DNA of 64,000 nucleotides from Podarcis cretensis (lineage: Eukaryota), in NCBI GenBank assembly GCA_951804945.1, contig OX638158.1, positions 43,586,001 to 43,650,000 of the forward strand, given 5' to 3'. This document shows, piece after piece, positions 1 to 11,600 of the stretch. Each line of letters opens with the position of its first letter. The first letter of the stretch is position 1. The notes below the pieces were generated by a model. It was not told where the DNA came from, made no database searches, and was given only the letters and a program-made list of their open reading frames with translations. A program made the position numbers and the translations under genes.

Positions 1-245
1 TACACTGGCAGGTAACTGAGAAACAACTAAGGCACCTATTAATAACATAGAGCACTATTCATTAGGTGCCCATAACACCACTGCAGTCATCTTCCTGATA
101 GTCACGCTTATGAGAGTAGAAAAGAAATTGGTGTTTCCCAGCAACTGATTGCCTGGTTTGTAACTAATGCAACTTCCAGAAACTCTGTTAATCTGTCAGA
201 GAGAAAAACATAACTTTGCAACACCTTTAAAAACTAACAAATATA

Positions 246-325
246 CAGGGTGAGTCCTTTAAAAGAGGCACCGTGCATACAGAGTACACATGTTCCATGG
301 GGCCTCTTTTAAAACACTCACCATG
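246..325. mobile_element. 80-bp Tc1/mariner-type MITE in ZDHHC17 intron 1
   Basis: About 24-bp imperfect terminal inverted repeats (CAGGGTGAGTCCTTTAAAAGAGGC ... GCCTCTTTTAAAACACTCACCATG), flanked by TA on both sides (244-245, 326-327). Confidence 0.75.
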
Positions 326-879
326 TATTATGTCCTAAAAACCAACAAATACATTACGCCTGTACAAAATTAACAAAAGTTTATCCCATAATAAATATGC
401 CCATCTTCAGAGAGCTACCACACTCTTTGTTGTTCCCCTAATTTATAGGATCAAGCTGTAAGCCACAATAGGCCCCAAACTCTACAGCGAAAAGGGGGAA
501 AGGAGATCAATGACCTCACAAGACCAGAAAGTGTATCGCTCTTGTTTAAATCTAGCTCTGAATCCTTTTACCCAAACCAGAAAGCTGCCCTGTGGGCCCC
601 TAAATTGTGCAATTGCGCGCTTGGGCCATTAGCAGGTTCAAAAGCCTTTTTCAGCGTTTAACTAGAGGAGTGTGATACTTCTCTCTTGAGGTTTTTGAGT
701 CTCAGGACCCCCCCCTTTTTTTTCCCCTTCTTTTTTCAAGTAAACTCAAGGCACCTGCAGTTCCTCGCTCCTTTATGTGTGATTAAGGGAAAGCGGTTCA
801 TTGGTTACGGATTGTCCAGGAGGACACCCCCTCCCCATCCAGTTTCCAGCCCAAATATCCTTGTGAGGGAATCAGAATT

Positions 880-1660
880 AACGAGGGGGACAGGGCAAAG
901 CCTCGTCCTCTACCTACCCACCCCTGCGGGCACTGGGGAGCTTGCCTGCCCAGCCTGTTCCCTTCCCCTCCCCGCAGCCCAGCCAAGGCGCACCCGCCGC
1001 CGCCGCTTCTCCCTCCCAGACAATCCTGCCCGCGCCTCCGGGCCAACCTCCGCCCCCGCCTGGGAAAGGAGTGCCAAGAGGAGGGCGGAGGCCTCCGCTG
1101 CCGCCGCCACTTTCCGCTCCTCCTCCTCCCTCTCGCCGCCACCCAGCTTCTTCTCCAGGCTGACGGGGTTGCGAGGGAGGCCTTAAAGCCAGCAGGGCCT
1201 CACCTCAGGGTGCAGGATAGGGACGCAGCCCGCTTCTTTCTCGTACTCCTCCAGAGGCGCCGCCATCTTGGTGCGAACGCGCCTCCCGCTGCATGCCGGG
1301 TAACGCGCTCCCTCGCGACCTCGCTCCTGCTCTCTCGCGCTCTGCGCCGGTGGGAGGGGGGGGCGCGAGAGGGAGAGCGGATGGGCCGCCAGACGGGGAG
1401 AGCCGAGGCGCGAGAGGGGAAGCGAACGCTCTCCAGTAGTAGCCGCTGGGTCCCGCCGCTCACGCCTGTGCTTTTGCTGCGCGCGGATTCCAGATAGGGC
1501 CTTAGTTTTTTTGGGGGGGGGAGGCCGCCTGGGTCCACCCACGTCACCCAAAGCATATGACAGAGGCCCATAAGTAGAGGGGGGAAAGGTAGACTTCAGA
1601 AAAGTACCTTGCGTGGGCCGGTACCCGCGAAGCCAGGATGTCCCACGCACAGGTCATGCA
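880..1660. promoter_or_regulatory. ZDHHC17: CpG island / promoter of ZDHHC17
   Basis: Very GC- and CpG-rich block spanning exon 1. YY1-type AAGATGGCGGC motif at the start codon (minus strand); TGACGTGG (CRE/UPRE-like) at 1539-1546 on the minus strand. Confidence 0.85.
1204..1266 (-). CDS. ZDHHC17: ZDHHC17 (palmitoyltransferase HIP14) coding exon 1; the gene continues off the left edge of the window
   Basis: Translates to MAAPLEEYEKEAGCVPILHPE, matching the recalled human MADGPDEYDTEAGCVPLLHPE. Strong Kozak context (ACCAAG ATG G), phase-0 donor GAG|GTGAGG at 1204/1203, and head-to-head synteny with OSBPL8 as in mammals. Confidence 0.93.
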
Positions 1661-2389
1661 AGCGAGTCAAGCCATGTCAGTGGCAGCAAAGAGTCGGGGC
1701 TTCTTCCATCATGCTGTTGACCCGACAGGAAGTTTTTGCACTTTTTAAGGTGTTTAAAAATGTCCGGCCTTACGTTTTAATTCTGTATTTAAAGAATGTG
1801 TGCATTTCAGTGTCAGTGACTACTGACACAAGTGCTGTTACAGTCAATCACGATCGCGTACTGCCTAGGAGTTAATAAGTGTTATCCCGATATCAGATGA
1901 TACCCACTCCTTCCATTAAAACCTCTACTCACAGTTCCATTTACTTGGCAGTCTCACTTGGCAGCTGTAATATGCAGACCTGCTCTGCCACTTTTCTTTT
2001 CTGCATCCGGCACGTTCTCTGTGGGCCATCTCTAGACTTAGCGCTGTAAGGCTTTGCCCCCAGCTGCCTTCTTTTTCTGCTTGCCCCCCCCCCCCGACCT
2101 AGGGCTAGGCAAAATCCTTTATGTAAAACTCCCCTGCTTCTATAGCCTACTGGTAGTTTATTCACTGGACAAACCAGATCTGGAACATTTCATTGCCTTG
2201 TCTTCTGTCCTCATACACAGCTGTGTTCCTGAATAGGCTTTTGCCCATAAATGCTTCTGTCAGGAGGATAGCCAGGCCATTTCTAGTGCACAAGAGAAAC
2301 TCTGCCTCGGATTCAAGACATAGGGGGAAAGAAAACACTTGTCACATATATGAGAGCAATGCATCACACAACCATTGTGTTATATGCTT

Positions 2390-2545
2390 CAAGTGCCATG
2401 GGAGTTGCTGCTCCCTACAGACCAAGGGAAGCTAAGCGTTGCTCTCTGGGTGTTGGGCTAGAACACCCATCATCTACAACCATGCTGGCTGCGGCTGATG
2501 GGAATTGGAGTCGAACAACACCTGAAGGATTACAGGAAGGTTCCC
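2390..2545. mobile_element. Degenerate copy of a common squamate short non-autonomous element (GATGGGAGTTGTAGTCC..ACATCTGGAGG family); other copies at about 20470-20585, 36225-36345, 37960-38040, 42245-42355, 46085-46160 and 46915-47035
   Basis: The same internally palindromic motif (ACTACAACTCCCA / TGGGAGTTGTAGT) recurs at all these sites. Confidence 0.6.
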
Positions 2546-2686
2546 TAAGAACATATAACAACATAATAAGAGCCTGCTGAATCAGACCTATGCATCTCAA
2601 TTCTAGCATCCTGTTCTCACAGTGGCCACTCAGATGCCTGTGGGAAACCAGCAAACAGGACCTAGAGTACTCTCCCCTCCTGTGGC
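2546..2686 (-). mobile_element. CR1 LINE 3' end (or CR1-tailed SINE) fragment
   Basis: Reverse complement of the 3' sequence seen at 52190-52284 (ctgtgagaacag..tccagcaggctcttcttatgttctta). A further plus-strand copy lies at about 53725-53835. Confidence 0.7.
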
Positions 2687-2807
2687 CCAATTGCCTTCTA
2701 AATCCAGCCTGTGGACGGTCCAGGAATAAGCGTGTTCTTACATGAGTAGAATGTGTGCTTTTATTTAAAATGCATCTCTGGGTTATTTGTGGGGCATAGG
2801 AATGCAT

Positions 2808-2894
2808 TCATTCCCCCCCAAATATAGTCCAGTCCCCCACAAGGTCTGAAGGACAGTGGGCCGGCTCCCTGCTGAAAAAGTTTGCTGACCCTTG
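2808..2894. mobile_element. hAT (Charlie-like) DNA transposon terminal fragment
   Basis: Ends in ...ccctgctgaaaaagtttgctgaccc(t/c)tg, a typical hAT-Charlie terminus; the matching other end is not seen. Confidence 0.5.
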
Positions 2895-3064
2895 GCTTTG
2901 TCTCACATGTTGGATAAGATGCAAAATTCTAATGACAAACTTGTGTCTGTCCTTGGATGAAATTTCTTCTAGGTGCCCAGTATGCTTTAAGTTTATTATT
3001 GAAAACTTGGGACTCCTCCAGATGACCTGTTCATTGAGCATTCATCCTGATTTGCTTGCCAGAT

Positions 3065-3394
3065 TGAAATATACTCAGAGTCGCAAAGTGATTTCATGCT
3101 CTTTATTCAGCTCATAGTGGTGAGGAGGAATGAATGAAAGTCCCCTCAAAGTATCTGCTTTATATACATTATTTACACAATGGGCTGCACATGATTGGCT
3201 AATTCTGGAATTCTACTGTAAGCCAATCAGGTTGTGGATTCACTTATATCTGGAGCATGATTGGGTGGTTCCTGTCAACCAATCATACTGCTGCATTGTT
3301 CTAGGACCAACCAGACTGCTGCAATTTGGATCCTATTGTTCTAGGACCAATCAGACTGCTGCAGTTTGGATCCTATTCAACTCAGTACATAACA
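3065..3394 (-). mobile_element. Solo LTR (330 bp) of an LTR retrotransposon
   Basis: TG...CA termini and a perfect 5-bp TSD CAGAT (3060-3064 and 3395-3399). On the minus strand it reads as tandem CCAAT-containing repeats, then TATATAAA (3159-3166), then AATAAA (3102-3107). Confidence 0.88.
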
Positions 3395-4984
3395 CAGATA
3401 TACAGCAATGCACATTTATCCCAAATTCATCCTGATTTATATGTCCTACTTGCGCATCCTACCCTTTTCAGTGCAGTTCACCAACACTTTCCTAACTCCA
3501 ACTAAGCGTTTGGAAGTGGTGATGGGCTGGATGTGGGCAAATAAATTGATGCTGAATTCAGAAAAGGCAGAGAGGCAAGGTGGAGTCCAGAAAACTCCAG
3601 GAGAAGGAGGAGGAACTGGAAGAACCTGGGTGCCCAATGAACTGCAGTCTTTGTGTGAAGAAAGGAGCCATCCAGAGTCTCTGAAGGAGATAAGTGTAGA
3701 CAGGGAAGCGGATTTCATTATGTAGACCCTTTTACCTCATTATTTACTTACGTAGAAATGTGGGGGAAATCTGGAATGAGAAAAAAAAGAAAGATTTTCC
3801 CTTCTTCGTGCCTGTTCCAGAAAAATGCTGAGTCTGAGCTGCCAGGAGAAAAAACTACCTTGCTTAAATATAGTAAGGCTTACTGCTTACAGGACAGCTC
3901 TTGAATGTGATCAGTGGTATGACTGAGGTATTTAGAGTGTGCTGCAATACCTAATGCCTAAAAGCTTTTGAGTTCTATATACTTTGTGGCTGTGTCTACT
4001 TGTATAAGGAAGATGACAGCAGTAGAAATGCAACTGCCCAGAGATGCCCAATAGGACAGTACAATTTTGTACTTTTTATTTTGCGCCTGGGACCCACAAC
4101 ATGGAACCTATGGGCACCATTACACTCTCAGACACTGCCCTCGGCATCTACCAAGACTGCCTATCCCTCACAATTATTTTTTTAAAATAGTTTTGTGCCC
4201 CCCAAAAGTTGGAAGCCTTTGCTTTCTACCCTGCCATCGCTATAGGGAATCTGCCTTACCTGCAGCTTAATATTGCAAGCTCACCTATAGGACAAATTGA
4301 GCATTTATCCAAGGTACTGCCTGTGGTGGGATGCTGACTGAACATCCATATTTAGAGCCTCTATGCCGACTGAATAACTGGAGGTTTTTACAGCTGCAAT
4401 TTTGATTTGTAAAACCAGGTGGGATGTGAGAAGATATTCTGGGACAGAGAAACAGTTCCAGGGATCAGCACTTGTCCAGTGTCCCAAGGACCACCAGAAC
4501 TGTCACATTTACAGTATGCTGTTCTAGTGTAGTAAGACTGTGATGGAATTAAGTAATGGAGAGCTGCATTGTTCTGACAGACTTGTTCAGTTTAAGCCGC
4601 TGCTTAGCTAAGTGGTCTAAAACACATTTTCGAAATAATAATAATCACAATGCTTTTTCATTAATTGCATTGGAGTTTGGTGGGCCTTCTCATTTTCTAT
4701 GCTGTTTTCCTCCACATTTCTGAAGAGTAGGCTCTTACATAATTTGTATTATGCTATAATGCATTATGCTTATGAGCTTAAAAAGTAACCCGGATGATCC
4801 ACCTCTTTATTACTCACTGCTTATCTCACATTGAATCTATCGTAAGAGCACGGGGGTGGGGTGGGGGAGAGAGAGATATAGAATGCCAAAGCTGTAGGTG
4901 TAAAAAAAAATTTTTTTTTGTAACTATAATGACATTCAAGAAATTGTTAAGCAGAAGTAGGCAACTGTATTTGCTAATAGATTA

Positions 4985-5215
4985 CAGTGGTACCTCGGGT
5001 TACAGATGCTTCAAGTTACAGACGCTTCGGTTTACAGACTCCGCTAACCCATAAATAGTACCTCAGGTTAAGAACTTTGCTTCAGGATGAGAACAGAAAT
5101 TGTGTGGCGGCAGCAGGAGGCCCCATTAGCTAAAGTGGTACCTCAGGTTAAGAACAGTTTCAGGTTAAGAATGGACCTCCAGAACGAATTAAGTTCTTAA
5201 CCTGAGGTACCACTG
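4985..5215. mobile_element. Tc1/mariner (Tigger/pogo-type) MITE
   Basis: TIRs CAGTGGTACCTCGGGTTA / TAACCTGAGGTACCACTG, TA TSDs, internal CAGGTTAAGAAC repeats. A closely similar copy lies at 16731-16940. Confidence 0.9.
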
Positions 5216-6935
5216 TACTTGTGAACAAAGGCAGCAGGCCAAGCCTCACCATCCCTGCCTCTGAAGTGCAAACATTCCCCTATAATTCATATTGATTTGG
5301 TGAAAGCACAGCAGCTACCCAAAACTCTCTGCGTCTTCCCCTTTTGGGGCAATCGGCAATCAAAGACCTGCATGCACACACTACAGCCACTGGGATGTTA
5401 CTCGTTCAAGAAATTCTGAGCTGCTGGACCATTCTCTGTTTTGTGAGGAGTGAGGTGGTGGTGATAGGCTGGGCATGACTTGTTGTAAACTTCCCGTAGG
5501 CCAAAGGTGTGGAACAGAATCTGTCCACCCCACCCACAAGAGCCATTTTGATAAGTCGGTGGGGCTATGGACCTGTCAATCACAAAGAAATATTTCCTTT
5601 GTGGATGCAGCTCCAGATCCTTTGCATCGCAGGCTTGAATTAAAGTAGGTGATTCCAAGGACATCTTCCTTTGCATTGTGACTGTGGGGATGGGAAGGAG
5701 GTGCCAGTACAGATGTCTTGGGATCTCTGTTAACTTCAAGGGAATGTTTTAACTTGCACCACTTCGTTTGAAGGTGTAACATGATGCCAGGTGGAGAGGG
5801 ATGCATGGGACCAACCTCTAAATAAGCCTAGGGTTTAAAGCCAGGCTTGTTCCTTCCCCACCAAGCCCCAGCCACCTTCAGATTTTCCTGTTGAACCACT
5901 AACGTAACAGTGGAGTTTACAGTCATGCTGGCATTATGTAATGCCTACACAAAAGAATTGCAACAGCAGTCTACATCTACAACCCCATTATATCTGTGTG
6001 TTGCATCCAGCAAGAGGATTTCCCTCCCACAATCCTGTTCTCTTTTAGTAAGTGTAACTCGAAGAAAGGATTGCACTATTAGGTTTTTAGAGATCTCATA
6101 TTTAACAATGTTATTTGATATGTCGGTTGCCATTGTATTTTAGCTGCGGTGTTCAGTTGTAATCTTATTATGATTATGTTAACAACTTGGTGCATTTTAT
6201 GTGTCTGGGAAACATATATATTTAAGAAACTATAAATCTTGAAAGTAGAATCTGTGTCTTTTTCTTGGTGGAGTTCCTTTGTCAATTTCGCTCCAAATGG
6301 TATCTGACAAGCCCCATACTAGTCCTATGGGATTTGAATAATGTTTTAAACTCTTTTTACCCATCTCTTTCATCCAATGGGAGGAAGATCTGTCTAACAG
6401 CCAGCTTTGTTTCAGCACCCTCCATAGCAGATCATATCAAATATATGTTAAAGCCTTTGCTGAAGACATGACAGCTGAAAGCTCCCTTCTCATATGTCTG
6501 CATTTTACAGCTGTGATTTCCATTATTTGAATTGGAAACTGTCTTCATAACCTGGGTACTACAGGCTGTAAAATTATAAGAGAGTCCTTAAAATTAAAAA
6601 ATGAATATATTGCATCTCTGGCTAAACATTTTCTGTCTATATAGGAAGGCTGATAGGTATTTACTTTTAATGTTTTTGTTAGTGTCTGGATGCTTTGCTA
6701 ACAAACAGTATACATGCAATCAACATTTTCTCACTTTGCTTGTGACGATTACAGGTGTCAAGATGTACAGGCAAATTTAGATTTTAAATCAGGGTTTCCA
6801 CAATGTATACCAAGGGCATTTTTAGAAGTAGCACCAAGAACTTTCTGTTTCCAGAGCATCACTCCTATCAATAATATGAAATTGAAAATGGAAAGATTAT
6901 TTTAAAATGGAAAGTCATTTTAAAAGGTTGTTTGT

Positions 6936-6957
6936 TTGCTTGCTTGCTTGCTTGCTT
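6936..6957. repeat. (TTGC)n microsatellite, probably the tail of an adjacent old L2-type element
   Basis: Direct read of tgcttgcttgcttgcttgctt, followed by an L2-like 3' sequence. Confidence 0.6.
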
Positions 6958-7468
6958 AGGAGAGTTATATCCTGCTTTTTTACTTGAGTCCTCAAAGTGA
7001 CTAACAGCATTTATAAAACATAGCAGATACATTAAACTCCACTGAAGCAGTGTTCAAAAATATAAAACAAACAAAACAAAAAAGCCAGGACTCTCAGTCA
7101 CCTTCCCCTGGCCAAAGGAACTGAGTACCACCCATCCTACTACACTAGTCCAATGGAACAGAGAGCAGAGCAGGTAGAAGGCTGAGGAACACAGACATGC
7201 CCATCTAGGGTTGGCCCTTAAGGATTGCAGTTCTCATAAAGTGGGTGGAGCCCAAGAGATGGACTGGAGGCAGAAGGCCTTGGTCCACCTCTGTTAAGTT
7301 GCTCACTCAGACATCTTCATGGTGCTACTGCCTTGCCCAAACCACTCACCACACCACCAGTCTGCTATGTAATGGAAGAGTTCCAAGGAGTAGATGCCAG
7401 ATTTCCATATTGTGTATATTCCATATTGTGTGGAATCGGCCTCTTGATAAGATGGTATCTGGAATATG

Positions 7469-7610
7469 CTCTATCCTGCAGAGTTGGAAGGGACCATGAA
7501 GGACATCTAGTCCAAGCCCCTGCAATACAGGAATCTTTTGCCCAAAATGGGGCTCAGACCCACAACCCTGAGATTATGAGTCTCATGCTCTTACCAGCTG
7601 AGCTATCCCA
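7469..7610 (-). mobile_element. tRNA-derived SINE with CR1-like tail (Squam3-like)
   Basis: Minus strand reads GGGATAGCTCAGCTGGTAAGAGCATGAGACTCATAATCTCAGGGTTGTGGGTCTGAGCCCC (A and B boxes, tRNA-like head), then GGACTAGATGTCCTTCATGGTCCCTTCCAACTCT (CR1 3' tail). Confidence 0.8.
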
Positions 7611-8559
7611 CTGCCCTCAAGTTGAGTATCAGTTGAGTGTATAAGGGATAAGAGCATCTTTCAGGTATTCTGGTCTCAAGTTGTATAGTTTTGTACACTT
7701 TGAATGTAGCCTGATTGCTGACTGGCTGCCAATGCAAATTGTGGATTATATCACTTAAATTGTATGCATTTCAGTAGCTTACCATATTCAGAGAAGGCCA
7801 GTTTGTAGCACATCAGTAAATAAAGACAACAGAGTTGACACAAGACAATTTGTTGCCTGTGGCACATCAAGCAATGAAGCCCACCTACCTCAAGTCAAGG
7901 TGCAGTATCCAAAGCTGGTCAAGTAATTTTGGCACCCGAGGCAGAAAAGTGTCTGTAACAATAATATTACAGATAGCAATTTGCTATCCTTTTTGACACC
8001 CAAAAACAGCTACCTGAGGCGACTGTCTCATTCTGCCTAATGGTAGGAGCATCCCTTTTAATCTTTTAAAAAATGTCACTTTACAACCTTTACGATCTGC
8101 TTCTTTTCCATTCCCAGTAATTAGGCCAGCATCACTACAGCCGCTCCAGGCAATGACAGGCAGGGGCTAGCCAGTGTGCTGTGGTCCAGCCCATGCTCTA
8201 TTCAGGCACAAAGCCTCATTGTTAGCCAGAAAGTGGTAATTCATTTAAATAAATGAAATGTAAGGTGTTATTTTTCTTTGGACAGGGTACAATCTCCTGT
8301 TGAGCAGGAGGCTCTGTTTACTGTTTGCCATCTAAAGATTATACTTGCAACACCATGTTTCGATATCCATTTCTTCCTGTTCTCTGTTGAAGGAAATCCT
8401 GTGTTTGTAAAGGAAGCTTGTCGCAATCCATCACAGCTATGAATGCAAGGAGTGAGGTTTGCTTCACACAAGAAATTTTGTTTGCCACAGCTACACAGGT
8501 GCTGCACCAGCATCTCCTCGCAGTAAATGTGTGTAGTGTGAAAGGCAGACATTTCCAAA

Positions 8560-8615
8560 ATAAATAATAATAATAATATTTATTATTATTATTATTTTTA
8601 CCCCACCCATCTGGC
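8560..8615 (-). repeat. (AAT)n/(ATT)n inverted microsatellite with a short L2-type 3' remnant
   Basis: aataataataataatatttattattattattattttta followed by ccccacccatctggc, similar to the L2 end at 57086-57130. Confidence 0.55.
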
Positions 8616-11600
8616 ATGCATCAAGAATCCTGGCATGTCTTCTTGAATATTTAAGGAGATGGATTCAAGGTTCAAAGCAATGTAAGGAAAGATTATACCC
8701 TCCATAAATTATTAAGAGAATCCTTCATTGTGTCTGTCAATGTTACTGAGAATAGCCTGCCACCTGCTGGACTGTGGAATAGAGAAATAGTTTCTCTCTG
8801 AAACTTCTGGACAATAGCAGAGATGAGGAACTGGATGAAGCGAGTTTCATGGCTGAGTAGAGAACTCCCCTCACCCCCAAACACAGGTCACACTGGTCCT
8901 AGTCTGAACCAGGATCAAGTTGCTGTCCTGACTTATCAACAAATTGTGACTTCAACAAACCACCACTTAAATCTTTAGCTTTAGATCTCTTCCTCCTGCA
9001 CATGATGGACAAGGAACAGCGTGCAAGTCCAAGGCTCATACTGGCTTGTTCTTATAACAGCAAAACCACAATTACTTGTTAAGTCTCTCTTACTACTCAA
9101 TAAGCCCTATACTATAAGCTAATTGCTTATAGCCCTATATGATAAGCTAAAAGCTATAGGCTGCGATCCTATAGTGTGTAGAAACCTACCTGGGAGTAAA
9201 TCCCATTGAAGTCAATGGAACTTCTGACTGTGCTGTTGAACAATTTAATGGTCTCACTCCTTTTTTCACTCTTCTTACCCCGGTTTTCATCCCTCCATTG
9301 GGCATTGGGTTTTTCCAAACCCTGATTCAAATTCCAGCTGTCTCATTGCAGTGATACTGCTAGCTACTTAAATGGGTTAGAGATTCTCCTTTTTGTTGAA
9401 GTGATAATGTCCCAAACAATTTAATTGGTTAAACACCATGGCTAACTGAAAAATAAAATATTCTTCTGAACAAAATGAATTACTAATATAGCCCATTATA
9501 TTTGTAGAAATTATTATAGATTCTGACAGACACTGGTGCCAACAATATTGGAAATGCATCGAGCATAGTGGGGGAAAACCTCACTACTAAAAACATCGAA
9601 TCAATAGAGATGCACCTTCTGTACCTAGCAATATTTTGTTTATGTAAGCAAGTACTACAGATAGTATGCCCCAAAGGGGGGGGTGGGAGAGCTGTAAGTG
9701 AAAAAGACTGTCAGAGGCTGCTTGTTATCATCTCCATCCAGCTGCAAAGAGAAGATTAATTCTTCCACATGGCTGAAACATGCAAAATGCAGAGGGCAAC
9801 AACAACAAATATATCCTTCCCTCTGTAGTGAAAAAAGAAGCAGAATGCTGATGCAAGCAACACACTGATAATTGGAGTAGTGACAGTTGCTTGAAATCTG
9901 GGTTGGGTTTCCCTGCTGCTTTATAACACATAGAAAGCATGCTCAAGAGAACATCATACTAGAGACAGCCTGCAAAAAATTCAAACAATTTTCTTTCCAG
10001 TAGTGATGTAAACATAATAGTCAACTGAATCACTGGCAGTTTCAGTGTCTCTTGGAAGACCTTTTGATACCCACAGGCCAATGCTGCTTCTTACTTTTGT
10101 TTTATTAGCCAGTCACTTTAATGATTCTCTGTATTGTTTTTAATGGTGTTTTCTGTTGTACACCACCCCAATCTTTTATGAAATGACAATACATTCATAT
10201 CTTTATAAATAACTTTATATAAAAGGGTCATGGGTCATTTGCAAAGTTCTGCAGATCATCAGCAGAAAATCTAAATAGTAAAACAAGAAAAGAGACGTCA
10301 CTGCCTTAATTGAACCAACAATATGGCCATCAATTGTTACCTGGTCCAGAGATGTGAATAAATGCAGTAATGCAACAAATAATGGAATACTCCCTCTTAA
10401 AAGCAGCAGCAAATGAAGGGGCTTTGAACAGTCATGAAAAATGAGTGCGAACAGCAGCACTTACTTTTGTTGACCTTTTCACCATGTTGAATTGGCAACT
10501 TTCAGATTGAAAATCAAATCTCACACAACTGCAGCACAACAGTCAAAAGAATGAAGCAGCAGCTGCCAATTCATAGCATCAATAAAGGGTGTTGTTGAGA
10601 TAAACCACAAAGGGACATCATTTAAAGTAAACAACGTTTAAAGGTGAGTTGCTGAGCTCTGCGATAGCAGCAACATGGTTGACTACCCTTTTGTGAAAAC
10701 CCACACCATTTTTAAAATGGAAAGTTATCAGCAAATTACTTTGTGAACCTGCATGAAAACGTAGCAGTCTCCAAGCAGATGTTCTGCAGTGCTGATGGGC
10801 TATTTTCTAATTGACTTCTACTAATTCCTATCAGATTGCTGTAAGGTTCCTGTTGGATAAAATCTGAAAGAGAAAGTCTGGGCTTAGTGACGCCAAGTTG
10901 TAAAAAAACCCCTCATCCACTCACTCGCATTATCAGGAAAGCTGATATATGCATTGGCACAAACTTAATTGCAAACTTAGAGAGCAAGGGGGAACAGAGC
11001 ATTGTGCCTTGGGATTTAGCAGGGAAAGCATAATATCTTATCTCTATTCCAAATTTTCTTACTTTACTCCTCTTGCAGAACCCAAAACAATCACAGACAC
11101 GTGGATTGTATTGGAGAATATGTTTTCATTTACAATGTCAATGATATGAATGTGGGGTGGAGAGAAATCAAGTCTTCCTATTGCTACTCCAGAATACTAT
11201 TTATCTAAATGGATAGCCTGACCTATCCAGATGACTCATGGCAGGTACCCAAAGCATAAGCTTTCTAGTAAAAAATAATGCACCATGAGCTGGCATGATG
11301 ACTGATAAGAAGCAATCAAAATAAGGGAATTAAAGGGGACTAGGAAAAATCCAGGTGGGCTTTCAGGATGGAAAACCCTAGTAATGTAATGGGGAAGGTT
11401 CTGATAAGTGGTGGACTGTGGCATATAAACAAGCAAGGATGGCTCATCTGGAAGGTTTTACCTTTACCTCCTGAATGGATTTACCTATCAAGAACAATGA
11501 TTATGGCAAGTGACTTCTTGTTGCCTTGCACATGCTACTGTTTTATCTGGTCTACATTTCTACGGAATTTCTGTGTGGTAGAGGAAGCTTGCGCCTTGCA

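Noticed and set aside
686-1875. Multiple overlapping 66-166 aa ORFs around the ZDHHC17 CpG island
   Set aside because: GC-rich, stop-poor sequence giving Pro/Arg/Gly-rich translations. Only the 21-codon segment 1204-1266 matches a known protein and is bounded by a splice donor.
3270-3380. Short direct repeats superficially resembling a repeat-spacer array
   Set aside because: These are tandem enhancer-like duplications inside a solo LTR in eukaryotic DNA, with no unique spacers; not CRISPR.
7540-7610. tRNA-like sequence on the minus strand
   Set aside because: Degenerate B box and stems, directly fused to a CR1-like tail, so it is a SINE head and not a tRNA gene.
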